Below, one piece after another: positions 23,481 through 24,464 of a DNA stretch of 24,464 nt (position 1 is the first letter of the stretch; every line of letters begins with the position of its first letter). The stretch comes from Candidatus Thorarchaeota archaeon (lineage in GTDB: Archaea > Asgardarchaeota > Thorarchaeia > Thorarchaeales > Thorarchaeaceae). Location: positions 1 to 24,464 of the forward strand of contig PRDI01000076.1 in NCBI GenBank assembly GCA_003345595.1, given 5' to 3'. Position numbers and translations under genes: made by a program. A model generated the notes under the pieces. The model was not told where the DNA came from. It ran no database searches and saw only the letters and a list, made by a program, of their open reading frames with translations.

Positions 23481-24296
23481 TCACTTCTCCTTCCTGAAAG
23501 CCAGGCGCTTGTATGGCAAGCCCCAACGCTCCTGATACATCAGCCCCTCAAGCGGAGGCCTGCTTGGACCAAGAGCACGAGGCGAAACCCTCTTCCCGAT
23601 GCAGAATGCTGTGATCGGTACCCAGATTGGGGGTATTCCCAACCTGTCCCTTATGAGCTCGGCATGACGTGGGTCAGAACAGACCAGAGCTTCGTAGCCA
23701 CAGCCATATCCAAGCTCAGAGGCTACCAGCCACATGTTCATTATCGCCATTCCTGAAACCACCGAGCCGAAGAGTTCATTCGGATACTGATACGCCGCAT
23801 CATGCCACATCTCGCTGGCACAGACAATGATCACAGTGTCACTCTTCTCCGGGTATCTGAAGAGATCACCATCCCTCAGCTTGGCATACTGACTAGCCCT
23901 ATATGGATCGGCAATATACCAGAGCCGACCGCTCGTTAACTCGAACGGGGCTCCGCCGAAAGCACTCATAGCCATTTCTTGCGCGATGTCCGCAAGGAAC
24001 ACTTTCGTTTCCTGGTCATCCCGGATTACAACGAACCTGACCATGAGCATATTCTCTGGGCTCGGCGCATGCCGCGCCGCTTCGAGAATCATCTCGATGT
24101 GTTCGTCTGGAATCTTTTCGCCAGTGAACTCTCTGATTGAGCGTCGATCCCGAATCAGTTTCAGGGAGTGCAGCTCTTCAGCAACCTTGGCCTTAGGTTC
24201 TTCTACAACCTTTGCCTTCGGTTCCTCTGCAACCCTTGCTTCTGGTCCAGGTCCGCCCGCAGGAGCCGGCCTTACCTTAGCAGCTTTTGCAGCCAT
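23481..24296 (-). CDS. Nitroreductase-family FMN-binding protein with low-complexity N-terminal extension
   Basis: It has IRDRRSIREF, ILEAARHAPSPEN...RFVVI and AIMNMWLVASELGYG. The GAGGT SD spacing favours ATG 24296 over 24302. Confidence 0.9.
   Translation of the reverse strand: MAAKAAKVRPAPAGGPGPEARVAEEPKAKVVEEPKAKVAEELHSLKLIRDRRSIREFTGEKIPDEHIEMILEAARHAPSPENMLMVRFVVIRDDQETKVFLADIAQEMAMSAFGGAPFELTSGRLWYIADPYRASQYAKLRDGDLFRYPEKSDTVIIVCASEMWHDAAYQYPNELFGSVVSGMAIMNMWLVASELGYGCGYEALVCSDPRHAELIRDRLGIPPIWVPITAFCIGKRVSPRALGPSRPPLEGLMYQERWGLPYKRLAFRKEK
24174..24239 (-). repeat. Imperfect 24-bp tandem repeat (about 2.75 copies) encoding [RK]V[AV]EEPKA
   Basis: The units are ctcttcagcaaccttggccttagg, ttcttctacaacctttgccttcgg and ttcctctgcaacccttgc. 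Confidence 0.85.
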
Positions 24297-24464
24297 TGAC
24301 ATACCTCAACAACACTGTTGACTGGCAAGTCCCACGTAAAGGCTCGATAAATGTGTTACGAGAGGCGTTGGGAAGGGGTAGTAACTCGCCGGGTATGGCA
24401 ATCATGACTGCTCAAAGAGGTCCAATCTGTGAGTAATACTACAATGCGACTGGAGTACTAGCTG

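Noticed and set aside
24174-24239. Tandem repeat as a CRISPR or mobile-element remnant
   Set aside because: It has no spacers, is in-frame coding sequence, and no cas, transposase or integrase gene is present in the window.

Overview
Gene-dense archaeal-looking window with about 25 CDS and no rRNA, tRNA, CRISPR or mobile element visible. An Asgard origin (Thorarchaeia-like) is my inference from gene content and has not been tested. The left end carries a coiled-coil/winged-helix protein, a PDCD5-like protein, a TPR/SNAP-like helical protein with a WH2-like motif, and an RsmB/NSUN m5C methyltransferase. The centre is a minus-strand cluster: FGGY kinase, then a translationally coupled glpA-glpB-glpC / alkylglycerone-phosphate-synthase(AGPS)-like flavoprotein / second CCG Fe-S protein operon, then a MSMEG_0568-type radical SAM protein, a GNAT and an atypical aldehyde dehydrogenase. 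The right half is an acyl-CoA (beta-oxidation-type) cluster: MBL hydrolase, two crotonases, thiolase + DUF35, 3-hydroxyacyl-CoA dehydrogenase, SCP2, two small RHH-like proteins sharing a QWPFxP motif, and a nitroreductase. The best candidate for an undescribed system is an anaerobic glycerol-ether (alkylglycerol) processing pathway linked to acyl-chain metabolism. It is supported by atypical active-site motifs in the kinase, GlpA and the AGPS-like enzyme. All family calls come from motif recognition by eye; no searches were run.
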